IMG/VR virus record: IMGVR_UViG_3300043435_000309
Location: 1 to 38,236 of that record
DNA from: a virus
Lineage: Duplodnaviria; Caudoviricetes
Direction: 5' to 3' (one strand)
Length of the DNA: 38,236 bases
Numbering within the stretch: position 1 is the first letter of the stretch; each line of letters starts with the position of its first letter. The translations under genes were made by a program, and so were the position numbers. Under the pieces are notes generated by a model. The model was not told the DNA's origin, made no database searches, and saw nothing but the letters and a program-made list of their open reading frames with translations. Below are positions 11,201 to 18,693 of the stretch, one piece after another.

Positions 11201-12251
11201 TTATTCTAGTACAAGTGCTGGTTTTTATTTAGGTTGGGACAATCAGGCTGGAGTTCTATATCCAGCATTTAATATTGGTAACGCTAATGCATATATGAAG
11301 TGGTCTAACTATGATCAAACTTTAAGAATTAAAGGAAACATATCATTAAATGCAGGCTCAGATCTTGATGGAACTGCATTAACAGATGTTAAGGCTGGCG
11401 CTACAGCAGGATCAAGCGCTCTGCAGCCAGGAGGAAACCTAACAGGTTCAGTGGGTGGAACTCCTGTTGCCACTATTAAATCTGGTGCTACAGCAGGATC
11501 AACCGCTGCCCAACCAGGAAACGGCGTTACTTTAAAAAATGACGGAAGCAAGATGATAAATCAAATAGATTTACTTGCCAGCGGAATAAAAATTTCAAGT
11601 GCAACTTCGGGTACTCGTGTAGAAATGAGCAATAGCGGGTTGTATTTGTACAAGGGAACTAGCACAACACCAACAGTTGCATTAGATGCAGCTACAGGAG
11701 ATGCTCAATTTAGTGGAACAGTAAATGCATCTGGAGGAACTTTTAGTGGAAACATATCAGCAAGCGGAACAATTACTGGCGGAACAATTTCAGGTGCTAC
11801 AGTAACTGCTGGATCTATTACTGGTTCAACTATTACTGGCGGAACTATTCAAACTGGTGGCACATCTGCTACAAGAAGAATTGTTATTTCTGGAAGTCAG
11901 CCAGACAGAATTGATTTTTATCCAAAAACAGGTGACGATGCAGATGTACCTGGGTACTTGTGGGTATCGGATGATGCTGGATCTGTAACTTTACCTGGTT
12001 TAGTTATAGTCCCTCCAACAAAATCTACATGGTCAACTCCGCCTAAAATCAAAATGACACAGACTGGTGGAGCAGGTGGGTTCTTGGATTTAAGTGCGGT
12101 ACAGATTTCGTTAACTGGAACAGTAAGAATTAATACATATGCGTATCATGTTGGAAATGTTGCAGTTGCAACTAATGCACATAGAAACATTTCTGCTGGA
12201 ACTACCGCACCTTCAGGAGGAAACACAGGAGATGTTTACATACAATATTAA
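8259..12251 (+). CDS. Large tail fibre / tail-tip protein with FN3-like domains and fibre repeats
   Basis: The ORF track starts at TTG 8247, but ATG 8259 just after the upstream stop is more likely. Contains an FN3-like domain (DTTAPTNPTNV...GYRVRW...TVSGLIPNTTYYYQVASVDQFNN), three GDxWxDT repeats and GTITG pentapeptide repeats. Confidence 0.8.
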   Translation: MSEQYGDLGITQSQDGDYWDIVIPDLDFETDYALQAGWIYTDKAKGTSELSDRFNFTTLAQEGLLSPRFISTDLYAEGSILYISWNGQDSGGNYYLDSILKQVNVWIKGGDFGDEYVKFGTFGNKAGTITVNATKISTYCVKLQAESKLDKFSAFSSEFCVTMLKQPKSVYDVRHTWDVSGNLSLFWKFDPTLKDATNDNTMADSFGLQMLDEENDVDATWWTAVEKDKIPPLEQKIIISASQLQKVFGQFTAFEIDYASFIYVRDKNLQTSFVTGYSLAKYTDPLTAPAISAVKAPMAYNVSYTANSAFDKIYVEESIDSGVTWSSTPFVTSSNPAYIATTNSLARLVRARFSKKLGGFTGYSNIVTVTPDKIDPTDTTAPTNPTNVSATASVDANDKTGFSLQATISFTKSSDADCRGYRVRWTTQTSNPIYEYGYVDHPATGNTVSFTVSGLIPNTTYYYQVASVDQFNNTQSYTAAGTFIAQDSVATAEGSLARLKSYISIGGATGDQFKFGTGILDSINTSITTTPAFTAAPATGYHGILLNKTGNKNNYWLTTGQLRVGTDTQYMYFDGANLYLTGDINARSGKISGNVTISSGGSFIAGTAGQPRVQMNSTGIFAYGNTLVEGVTVLTETTQILVDATTDAPTFITTRAKIGNWIVGTDSLSAGGITLSSSTPLITATNSGSYVGIRPRQSSGTDIVLWSGNTASPAINSAASGQAGFQVNANGQLYATGAIISGKITVESGSSLGGLLNDTSKVYYSATTPTAPTGGFKSGDGWVDTANNNQLKIWNGTAWVVAQDSEAVRSIANLKTKTTYGPTQPTNSILGDVWFDTTAGINYFKVYNGTQWVRMKDSDITAAAQSAADALTEANKKSTTTSSATAPSSPKSGDIWFDTTFNYFKVWSTTVTPAAWVRLKDGDLTQAQTDIIAANTKATNALAKAALFGVDGSLVSNMIIENSGAAIYSKYNSGGVIAKDSYSSTSAGFYLGWDNQAGVLYPAFNIGNANAYMKWSNYDQTLRIKGNISLNAGSDLDGTALTDVKAGATAGSSALQPGGNLTGSVGGTPVATIKSGATAGSTAAQPGNGVTLKNDGSKMINQIDLLASGIKISSATSGTRVEMSNSGLYLYKGTSTTPTVALDAATGDAQFSGTVNASGGTFSGNISASGTITGGTISGATVTAGSITGSTITGGTIQTGGTSATRRIVISGSQPDRIDFYPKTGDDADVPGYLWVSDDAGSVTLPGLVIVPPTKSTWSTPPKIKMTQTGGAGGFLDLSAVQISLTGTVRINTYAYHVGNVAVATNAHRNISAGTTAPSGGNTGDVYIQY
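10533..11030 (+). repeat. Three tandem protein-level repeats (P..P..GDxWxDT...K.W/Y...W...D)
   Basis: SGDGWVDTANNNQLKIWNGTAWV, LGDVWFDTTAGINYFKVYNGTQWV and SGDIWFDTTFNYFKVW...AAWV, separated by short Ala-rich helices. Confidence 0.85.
11400..11502 (+). repeat. Direct repeat with 87-nt period (exact 16-mer gctacagcaggatcaa at 11400 and 11487)
   Basis: Encodes VKAGATAGSSALQPG and IKSGATAGSTAAQPG. Confidence 0.85.
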
Positions 12252-12254
12252 AAA

Positions 12255-12263
12255 TGGTATAGT
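12255..12263 (+). promoter_or_regulatory. Extended -10-like promoter (TGGTATAGT)
   Basis: AAATGGTATAGT lies in the 20-nt gap before ATG 12272. It resembles the motifs at 7050 and 16226, and there is no clear Shine-Dalgarno. Confidence 0.5.
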
Positions 12264-12271
12264 GGTTTAGT

Positions 12272-15200
12272 ATGCCTTCAGATATATTCATTAAAACAGC
12301 AAGCGGCTGGGCCACTGGATTAGCTAAAAAAATATTTATTAAAACAGCTTCTTCTACATGGTCAGCCGCTAAATCTGTATTTCTTTTTTTTGATGCAGGC
12401 TGGACAAAAGTATGGCCGTTATCTGGAGTTTATGCAACGTCAAATCCATTTATCTCAACAACTTCTTCATCTTCAGAGCTAAGCTCTTCAACAGTTTTAA
12501 GGGTTGGAACAACCTATCGTGGAAATAGGGGATCATGGAATCCAAATGGTTATACTATAAGTTCATATCAATATAAATGGCTGTCTTATACTTATGAAGA
12601 CCCTGGCGATAAGTCTACAAATTATGATCCAGCAATGTCAACACTGTCTGGGACAACAAATGATTTTTTAATTACTGGAACAAATTACGATAAAGGATGG
12701 ATAGTATTTTTTGTAACTGCAAAAGCTTCTGGGGGAACAGCTTATGATGGCTCTGCAGAATCTTTAAGGTATTATGTTGCAAGACAAAAACCAATTATAT
12801 CAAGTGGTCCTACTCTTAGCAGCACAACCCCCAATGTTGGTACCGTAATAACCTACTCTTCTGGATGGAATACCACTGACGCATACAAAATAGAAACTAA
12901 TAGAAGTACCATAAAATGGTATAGAAGTACATCAAGTTCTTTAACAGAATCTCAGCTAAAATCTTTAACTCCAATACAATCAAGCGGATACTCATATACT
13001 GTTGTGCAAGCAGATAATGCAAACTACATATATGCAATGGAAGAAGTTTTTAATTCTGGAACAGATTTAGAATCACTTGTTAATGGAGTAACAGCAGTTG
13101 TTCAAACAACTTCTCTAGTTACACAAGCACCTAATGCATTCACATATTCGTTAACAAATACAGGCTCCGTACAGACTCCATCTGCGCCTGTACAACAAAG
13201 AGTTTCTACAACCTCAAATAACGTACTTATTGAGATGGCTTCAGCATTTCCTTCCGATACAGAATCATACGAGCTTTGGAGTTATGGAACTGGGTCATCA
13301 GCTGGAGGAACATTAGCAAATCCAGCTGTTCAAGCAATAACAACATTAAACCAATGGAATTCTTCTGGTAACTTCCTTGGCGCAGGTAGTTCATTTGAAA
13401 CAGTTGTAGGTATATCTTCTTCCGCTTCAAATTCTCCAATAAGCACACAAACTAGAGCAATTGGAACATTAAGAACATTACAGTTTAATATAAGCTCAAC
13501 AACTGGAGCACAAAGTTGGAAAGTAAATTATACAATATCTGGAGCATCTAGTGGAAATGGAACATTTGCATTGAACACAAATTCAATGCCAGCATCAATT
13601 ACAATAGGTGGGGCATCTAATCCTACAGTAACAATAACTGGTGTAACAGCATATTCTGGTTTAAATCAAACAGGAGGGACTACAGCAGGAACTGCAGGAT
13701 CTCAGACATCATTGGCATCTGTTACAAAGCCTTCTGCATTTTCTACTACTTCTACCGCAAACTATACCTTTTATGTAAATAATCAACTTACTGGATCTCA
13801 AAGAAGGGTAACCTTGCCTTCAGCATTTACTTCTGGAACCAATATTTATGTTTCAACTAATGGATATATTAACTGGGGCGGGAACGATCCAGCTGGGTTG
13901 CGGTCAATTCCTACATCTGGAATAACATTAGCGCCATTAGCTGGAGACCTAAGACAGGGTGCTGTTTCAGCTTCTGGAACTATATCAACTGGAGGTCTGT
14001 GGACTTTTGCAAATTCTACTAGTTATTGGGTAACATACTGGGGTAATTATTATAATGATGCAGCACAGGTTGCAAGATACCAAGTTCAATTTTATTGGGG
14101 ACAAAGTTATGCTGACGTATATATTGTAAATAATAGTTTAACAACAATAACACCAAGTACTACAGCGGTACAAAATGGTGTAAACGCAACTCAAGATTGG
14201 TCTGCCACAACAGCACAGACATCAACTCTGCTATCAACTGCATCTATGAATAGAATTTCAACTCAAGACGGAGTCGATGATAATAGAACATTGATCAATG
14301 CAGTCCAACCAGTAGCTCCTTCTGGAGGATCTGCTTATATGGGAAATTCATCTGGATCAGCAATAAGTTCAATAAACAACGGAGGAGTAATCTATTTGTG
14401 GAGAACTAATGCTACTGGATCTCCAGCACCCAGCTCTAGTTGGGTATGGCAAAGAAATGATGGAGCTGGTGGCGCTTATGTAACGAGACAAACTGGCGGA
14501 GATACATATACAACTAGTGCTGTGGATGCAGGGTTTAGAATTCAGGCAGTAGTTACATGGTCAAATGGTGTTTCTCCAAACCAAGTTTATACAACACCAA
14601 CTACCGTTTTAGTTGGCCAGGCACAGTATACAGTTACCTGGGATGCTGCTACAAATGGTGGAACTGGCGGTGGAACAACAACTCAAAATGCGGGACTTTC
14701 GCATACTGCGCCATCTGCATCAAAAGCATCATATACTATTTCATACAGTAGTACTGGGCAAACATCTGGCTCAGTTCCATCTGCAACTCAGGCATTTTTT
14801 ACAAATACTGGTTATTATGACTATCCCGCCAGCAACACAAATCAAACAGGTCCAATTGCAATTGGTGGATCTTTTACTCCATCAAGCAGCATCACTATGT
14901 ATATGAGATATGGATCAGCAAGCCAATCAGCTACGATATCTAATCAAGGAACACTTTTGAGAACAGGGTTTACATTCGGTGGATGGAATATAGGAGGAAC
15001 TGTATATACTGCTGGTGCATCTTATACCCCAACTACAAATGTAACTGCAACAGCTGTATGGAATCAAAATGCAGTTGCCCCATCAAATTCAGCGCAGCCG
15101 ACATTAAGTGGAAGTTTGCCAGTAGGAAGCACCCTTACCTTTGGAGTTGGAACATGGAGCGGTACAACTCCAATAACTTACGATCTTAGGCTTTATAGAG

Positions 15201-16000
15201 GAACTGCTGGAGTTTTAACTTCTGAAACTCTAGTTGCAGCTCCTGGAAATGTAACTTCTTCCACTTATACAACAACACAAGCAGATTTTAATTCAGGACA
15301 AAGATATTTTAGGGCATACGCAAGAGCAACAAACTCTGCTGGATCTTCTCCATCATCTACTACATGGCTAGGTGGTCAAGAAATTGGACCAATAACTACA
15401 GGAGTTGCGGCACCAGTAAACACCGCTGCCCCATCTGTCACACCATCTTCAGGAGCAGCTGGAACTACTTTTAACACTACTAACGGAAGCTGGTCAAATT
15501 CTCCAACGAGCTACGCCTACCTTTGGCAGTATCAAGAAGGTGCAAACTGGATTACTACTGGACAAACATCTTCATCATTTAGTTCAACTAGCTGGTCTAA
15601 CTTTGTAATTAGATGTAGGGTAACAGCTACAAATTCTGCTGGGTCTACAGCAGCATTTTCAAATTCAGTATCAGTAACATCTGCTGCAGTAAGCGCTCCA
15701 GGAGTACCAACTTCAGTTACTCTTAGTGGAAGCGGAGCTGTTACTTGGGGTGCATCTACTGGATCTCCTACAAGCTATGAGATAGAATTTTTTACAGCTT
15801 CAAATGGGTCTGGAGCAAATGCTGCACCACTAACTGCAACAGGATATACAGTAACAGGAATATCCGCTTCTCCATATCAGCTGGTTAGTCCATATGGCGG
15901 AACTAATGCTAACTATGCTAGAGTTAGAGTAAGAGCAAGAAATAGTGGCGGGGCATCGAGTTATTCAGCCTGGGTACCAACTGCAACCACATATACATAG
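12272..16000 (+). CDS. Ser/Thr/Gly-rich multidomain fibre/adhesin (Ig-like, NIDO-like, InlB-B-like repeats, C-terminal FN3)
   Basis: 1242 aa. N-terminal IFIKTxxxW repeats; repeated P.N...P.....G.W...P..Y.Y.W Ig-like units; IYVSTNGYI...LAPL..DL; RTGFTFGGWN...TATAVW; FN3-like end APGVPTSV...W....Y....VRVRARN. Confidence 0.75.
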   Translation: MPSDIFIKTASGWATGLAKKIFIKTASSTWSAAKSVFLFFDAGWTKVWPLSGVYATSNPFISTTSSSSELSSSTVLRVGTTYRGNRGSWNPNGYTISSYQYKWLSYTYEDPGDKSTNYDPAMSTLSGTTNDFLITGTNYDKGWIVFFVTAKASGGTAYDGSAESLRYYVARQKPIISSGPTLSSTTPNVGTVITYSSGWNTTDAYKIETNRSTIKWYRSTSSSLTESQLKSLTPIQSSGYSYTVVQADNANYIYAMEEVFNSGTDLESLVNGVTAVVQTTSLVTQAPNAFTYSLTNTGSVQTPSAPVQQRVSTTSNNVLIEMASAFPSDTESYELWSYGTGSSAGGTLANPAVQAITTLNQWNSSGNFLGAGSSFETVVGISSSASNSPISTQTRAIGTLRTLQFNISSTTGAQSWKVNYTISGASSGNGTFALNTNSMPASITIGGASNPTVTITGVTAYSGLNQTGGTTAGTAGSQTSLASVTKPSAFSTTSTANYTFYVNNQLTGSQRRVTLPSAFTSGTNIYVSTNGYINWGGNDPAGLRSIPTSGITLAPLAGDLRQGAVSASGTISTGGLWTFANSTSYWVTYWGNYYNDAAQVARYQVQFYWGQSYADVYIVNNSLTTITPSTTAVQNGVNATQDWSATTAQTSTLLSTASMNRISTQDGVDDNRTLINAVQPVAPSGGSAYMGNSSGSAISSINNGGVIYLWRTNATGSPAPSSSWVWQRNDGAGGAYVTRQTGGDTYTTSAVDAGFRIQAVVTWSNGVSPNQVYTTPTTVLVGQAQYTVTWDAATNGGTGGGTTTQNAGLSHTAPSASKASYTISYSSTGQTSGSVPSATQAFFTNTGYYDYPASNTNQTGPIAIGGSFTPSSSITMYMRYGSASQSATISNQGTLLRTGFTFGGWNIGGTVYTAGASYTPTTNVTATAVWNQNAVAPSNSAQPTLSGSLPVGSTLTFGVGTWSGTTPITYDLRLYRGTAGVLTSETLVAAPGNVTSSTYTTTQADFNSGQRYFRAYARATNSAGSSPSSTTWLGGQEIGPITTGVAAPVNTAAPSVTPSSGAAGTTFNTTNGSWSNSPTSYAYLWQYQEGANWITTGQTSSSFSSTSWSNFVIRCRVTATNSAGSTAAFSNSVSVTSAAVSAPGVPTSVTLSGSGAVTWGASTGSPTSYEIEFFTASNGSGANAAPLTATGYTVTGISASPYQLVSPYGGTNANYARVRVRARNSGGASSYSAWVPTATTYT

Positions 16001-16008
16001 GAGAAATA

Positions 16009-16218
16009 GTGATTACTAATCAAGAAAAAATAAATTTGCTTATTGAAAAGCTTAATAATATTGAGTTTATCATAAACTCATTTATAGACCATGCCGAAGA
16101 CTTTAAAGAAAAATATTCTTTAGAGCATGAATTGTCCATATGTAAACTTAAAAAGGATGTCTTGTTGGAGGAATTAAGTTCTTTAGGAGGCACATGGACT
16201 GGGCCCTTGACTAATTAA
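16009..16218 (+). CDS. Small helical hypothetical protein
   Basis: GTG start with upstream AGGAGA, 69 aa. N-terminus resembles that of the next gene. Confidence 0.75.
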   Translation: MITNQEKINLLIEKLNNIEFIINSFIDHAEDFKEKYSLEHELSICKLKKDVLLEELSSLGGTWTGPLTN

Positions 16219-16234
16219 AGTTAAATGCTATAAT
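16207..16234 (+). promoter_or_regulatory. Sigma-A/70-type promoter
   Basis: TTGACT (16207-16212), 16-nt spacer, TATAAT (16229-16234) preceded by TGn. Strong SD AAAGGAGG before ATG 16252. Confidence 0.75.
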
Positions 16235-16251
16235 ATGAAAGGAGGAATAAA

Positions 16252-16476
16252 ATGACAATACTATCAAAAAGCGATAAGGTTCAAATAATTGAATCAAGAC
16301 TTAAGGGTCTTGAATATAAGAAGTTTGGATTAGAAATAGATCTATTAGTAGAAAATGCTAAAACTACTCCAGATTCTGAATCAGTTTCAAATATTGAAGA
16401 TGCTATTCAAGAAATATCTGGACAACTGTCTGTTCTAAATTCAGAACTTGCAGACGTAAACGCACTAGCCGAATAG
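16252..16476 (+). CDS. Small coiled-coil hypothetical protein
   Basis: 74 aa, strong SD, heptad pattern. Confidence 0.8.
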   Translation: MTILSKSDKVQIIESRLKGLEYKKFGLEIDLLVENAKTTPDSESVSNIEDAIQEISGQLSVLNSELADVNALAE

Positions 16477-16482
16477 GTAAAA

Positions 16483-16656
16483 ATGGAAAAATTAGAATTA
16501 ATTGTTAATGCCCTGCAAGAAAGAATCGGTCAATTAGTTTCTGGATATGAAACTCAGATTGCTATATTGAGGGCGGAAGTCACAGAGTTAGTGAATAAAC
16601 AAGAAGCACAAGAAGAGTACGCAAAGTCTCTTGATGCTAAATTAGAAGAGGTTTAA
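16483..16656 (+). CDS. Small coiled-coil protein, 57 aa (not in ORF track)
   Basis: Hand translation MEKLELIVNALQERIGQLVSGYETQIAILRAEVTELVNKQEAQEEYAKSLDAKLEEV. It fills the gap exactly and has AGGT upstream. Confidence 0.8.
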   Translation: MEKLELIVNALQERIGQLVSGYETQIAILRAEVTELVNKQEAQEEYAKSLDAKLEEV

Positions 16657-16657
16657 A

Positions 16658-17074
16658 ATGACAGTTGTGTTTCAAGATGGTGAACCAGTAGATCCTAAAA
16701 AGCTTGAGGATTTGCAAAAACAGATTGATGATATTAAAGATCAATCCGATAGGTCATACAACTTGAGCACAACCACAGCAAACAGTGTAACACAGCTTTC
16801 GGTTATGCATTTAAAAGCTGGAGTAGTTACTTTTGAAAAGGGTCTAAAAGCTGGCAGCGATAACAATATTGCAATTGAACTTGGCTGGGGAGCAGACTAT
16901 GAGGTGGCTTACGTTGTTGCAACACCAAGGTTAAAGGATCCAGGTAAAACTAATATTAGATGGGCTTTATCTGGCAATAAAGATGCTACAATGCTAAATG
17001 TTTGGAGCGAAAAGGCTACAGGAGATACTGCAATTAATTTTCACTGGGTTAGTGCAGGCAAAAAGATTCTTTAA
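16658..17074 (+). CDS. Short fibre-like protein: N-terminal coiled coil plus H-type-lectin/gp53-like beta-sandwich
   Basis: 138 aa. FQDGEPVDPKKL..LQ..I N-terminus; G.V.F...VVATP...NFHWVSAG C-terminal pattern typical of fibre-tip domains. Confidence 0.5.
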   Translation: MTVVFQDGEPVDPKKLEDLQKQIDDIKDQSDRSYNLSTTTANSVTQLSVMHLKAGVVTFEKGLKAGSDNNIAIELGWGADYEVAYVVATPRLKDPGKTNIRWALSGNKDATMLNVWSEKATGDTAINFHWVSAGKKIL

Positions 17075-17089
17075 GAATTCGTAAATTAC

Positions 17090-17119
17090 TATTGACACCA
17101 TGTGTCAATATGTTACAAT
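17090..17119 (+). promoter_or_regulatory. Promoter whose -35 lies inside a perfect palindrome (candidate operator)
   Basis: TATTGACAC-CAT-GTGTCAATA (17090-17110). TTGACA at 17092-17097, 16-nt spacer, TACAAT at 17114-17119 preceded by TGn. Confidence 0.7.
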
Positions 17120-17131
17120 TACTATAACATT

Positions 17132-17156
17132 AAGCCACGACATCGTGGCTTTTATA
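17132..17156 (+). terminator. Rho-independent terminator-like hairpin
   Basis: AAGCCACG-ACAT-CGTGGCTT followed by TTATATATA, at the end of the tail module. Confidence 0.65.
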
Positions 17157-17172
17157 TATATTAAGGGTTTTC

Positions 17173-17973
17173 ATGAGCAACGATTTAAAGTGGATGATTT
17201 CATCCGACCAGCAATTCCCATATCAGGATGATAAGATGATCGCACTTTGGTTTAAGGTAATGAAGTGGTTTAAACCAGATGTTGTTGACTACCTTGGCGA
17301 CACAGACGATCAGGCATGCTATAGCAAATATACAGAAGGCCGATCAGCAGAGTTTTTAAACTTGCATAAAACAGACAGCAGAGATCTTATTGTTCCAATG
17401 ATGCGACATGAAGCAAAAGGCGCAAGAGATTTTTACACTAAGACTAGAGAAATGCTTCCAGAGGCACAGCTATTTTCCGCTCTTGGAAATCATGATGTTA
17501 GAATCTTTAACTATGTAGATGCAAAGCTTCCTGATTATATTTCAGAGGTAACTCCAGAAGCTCTTTGGGGACTTGACTCATTGGGTTATGAATATATACA
17601 CTATAACGAATTGCCAAAGCGTCGCTTTGGAGATATTCACGTTCATCATGGTCTTTCAATTGCATCAACTGGATCTGTTCGTAAGGATATGGAAGACCTT
17701 CAGGTTTCATTAATTAGAGGACACTCTCATAGAATTGCTTCACATTTAGTTACATATGAACTTAGAAATAATGGCGAAGGGGAAACACTTCGAGGCTATG
17801 AGCTTGGGCACATGTGTGATGAAAAGGGGCCAGGAATGAAATATATGCAGCACCATGATTGGCAGAAGGGATTTGCCATTGCACATATTGTAAATGACTA
17901 TCCACATATTCAAATGATCCATGTGGCACCAGATTACTCATGTGTTGTTGATGGGAAGCTATTTACACTATGA
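17173..17973 (+). CDS. Calcineurin-like metallophosphoesterase
   Basis: Motifs SDxQ (DxH variant), GDxxD, GNHD, HHG and GHSH in canonical order. Confidence 0.88.
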   Translation: MSNDLKWMISSDQQFPYQDDKMIALWFKVMKWFKPDVVDYLGDTDDQACYSKYTEGRSAEFLNLHKTDSRDLIVPMMRHEAKGARDFYTKTREMLPEAQLFSALGNHDVRIFNYVDAKLPDYISEVTPEALWGLDSLGYEYIHYNELPKRRFGDIHVHHGLSIASTGSVRKDMEDLQVSLIRGHSHRIASHLVTYELRNNGEGETLRGYELGHMCDEKGPGMKYMQHHDWQKGFAIAHIVNDYPHIQMIHVAPDYSCVVDGKLFTL

Positions 17974-18158
17974 TGAAATGCAATAAGTGTCAAGGAAGAG
18001 TTTTTGTAGATAGAGTATTCTCTCAAAAATTACACGTAGAGCTTTTCTGCATGATGTGCGGTAAAAGATGGATGATCAATAAGGATACGAGTGCACTAGG
18101 TAGATGGATAGAAAAAAGAGAAAACAGCCAACTAAAAGCATTCGGTATTTCTTCTTAA
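17970..18158 (+). CDS. Small zinc-ribbon protein
   Basis: CNKC...CMMCG, ATGA coupling. Confidence 0.75.
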   Translation: MMKCNKCQGRVFVDRVFSQKLHVELFCMMCGKRWMINKDTSALGRWIEKRENSQLKAFGISS

Positions 18159-18586
18159 ATAACAAGATACATAAAGTATTAAGTCATTCAAGATCGAAAG
18201 ACCAAATGGTTGCTTGGTGCTATCCTGATAAAAAAAGGTTATTATATTCTTATTCTCAAGTGTTAAAAACTATGGAGAATGCTTATACAACTAAGCAGGT
18301 TGCACAAATGCTAAACAAGCATAAGGTTACAATTGAAGATTATATTTTGGATGGGAAGATAAGATATCCTCAAAAAGTATATCCAATTGGAAATGTAGAT
18401 AGCACATGGTATAAGTTTATGTTTAGTGAATCGGACATTATGGACATTCATGAGTTTATATTAGAATCAGGATATTCTAATAACATGCCTTCAAAAAATG
18501 AGATGAGGGCTCTTCTCAAACATAACACTATATTGTATACTAAGACAACAGAAGGGAACTTTGTGCCAGTATGGAAAGCAGAGTAG
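18104..18586 (+). CDS. HTH DNA-binding protein (MerR/excisionase-like winged HTH)
   Basis: AYTTKQVAQMLNKHKVTIEDYILDGKI.....W..F.FSESDI matches a MerR/Xis-type wHTH pattern. Confidence 0.7.
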   Translation: MDRKKRKQPTKSIRYFFLNNKIHKVLSHSRSKDQMVAWCYPDKKRLLYSYSQVLKTMENAYTTKQVAQMLNKHKVTIEDYILDGKIRYPQKVYPIGNVDSTWYKFMFSESDIMDIHEFILESGYSNNMPSKNEMRALLKHNTILYTKTTEGNFVPVWKAE

Positions 18587-18693
18587 CACCAACAAGAGTC
18601 GTGGTTTGTGAAATATGTAAGAAAGAATTAGTAGTGCGTTGGGGCATATTTGCTCATGACACTTTGAGTAGGCATAGAAAGGCGGAACACTAA
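18571..18693 (+). CDS. 40-aa stand-alone C2H2 zinc-finger protein (not in ORF track)
   Basis: Hand translation MESRVAPTRVVVCEICKKELVVRWGIFAHDTLSRHRKAEH, with CxxC...LxxHxxxxH. TAATG coupling to 18693. Confidence 0.7.
   Translation: MESRVAPTRVVVCEICKKELVVRWGIFAHDTLSRHRKAEH

Noticed and set aside
8259-17074. Diversity-generating retroelement or invertible fibre cassette
   Set aside because: No reverse transcriptase or invertase, and no near-identical template/variable repeat pair was noticed. The repeats found are short, in-frame structural repeats.
17075-17108. Divergent minus-strand promoter from the mirrored TTGACA (17103-17108)
   Set aside because: There is no acceptable -10 hexamer at 16-18 nt spacing on the minus strand and no minus-strand gene to drive.
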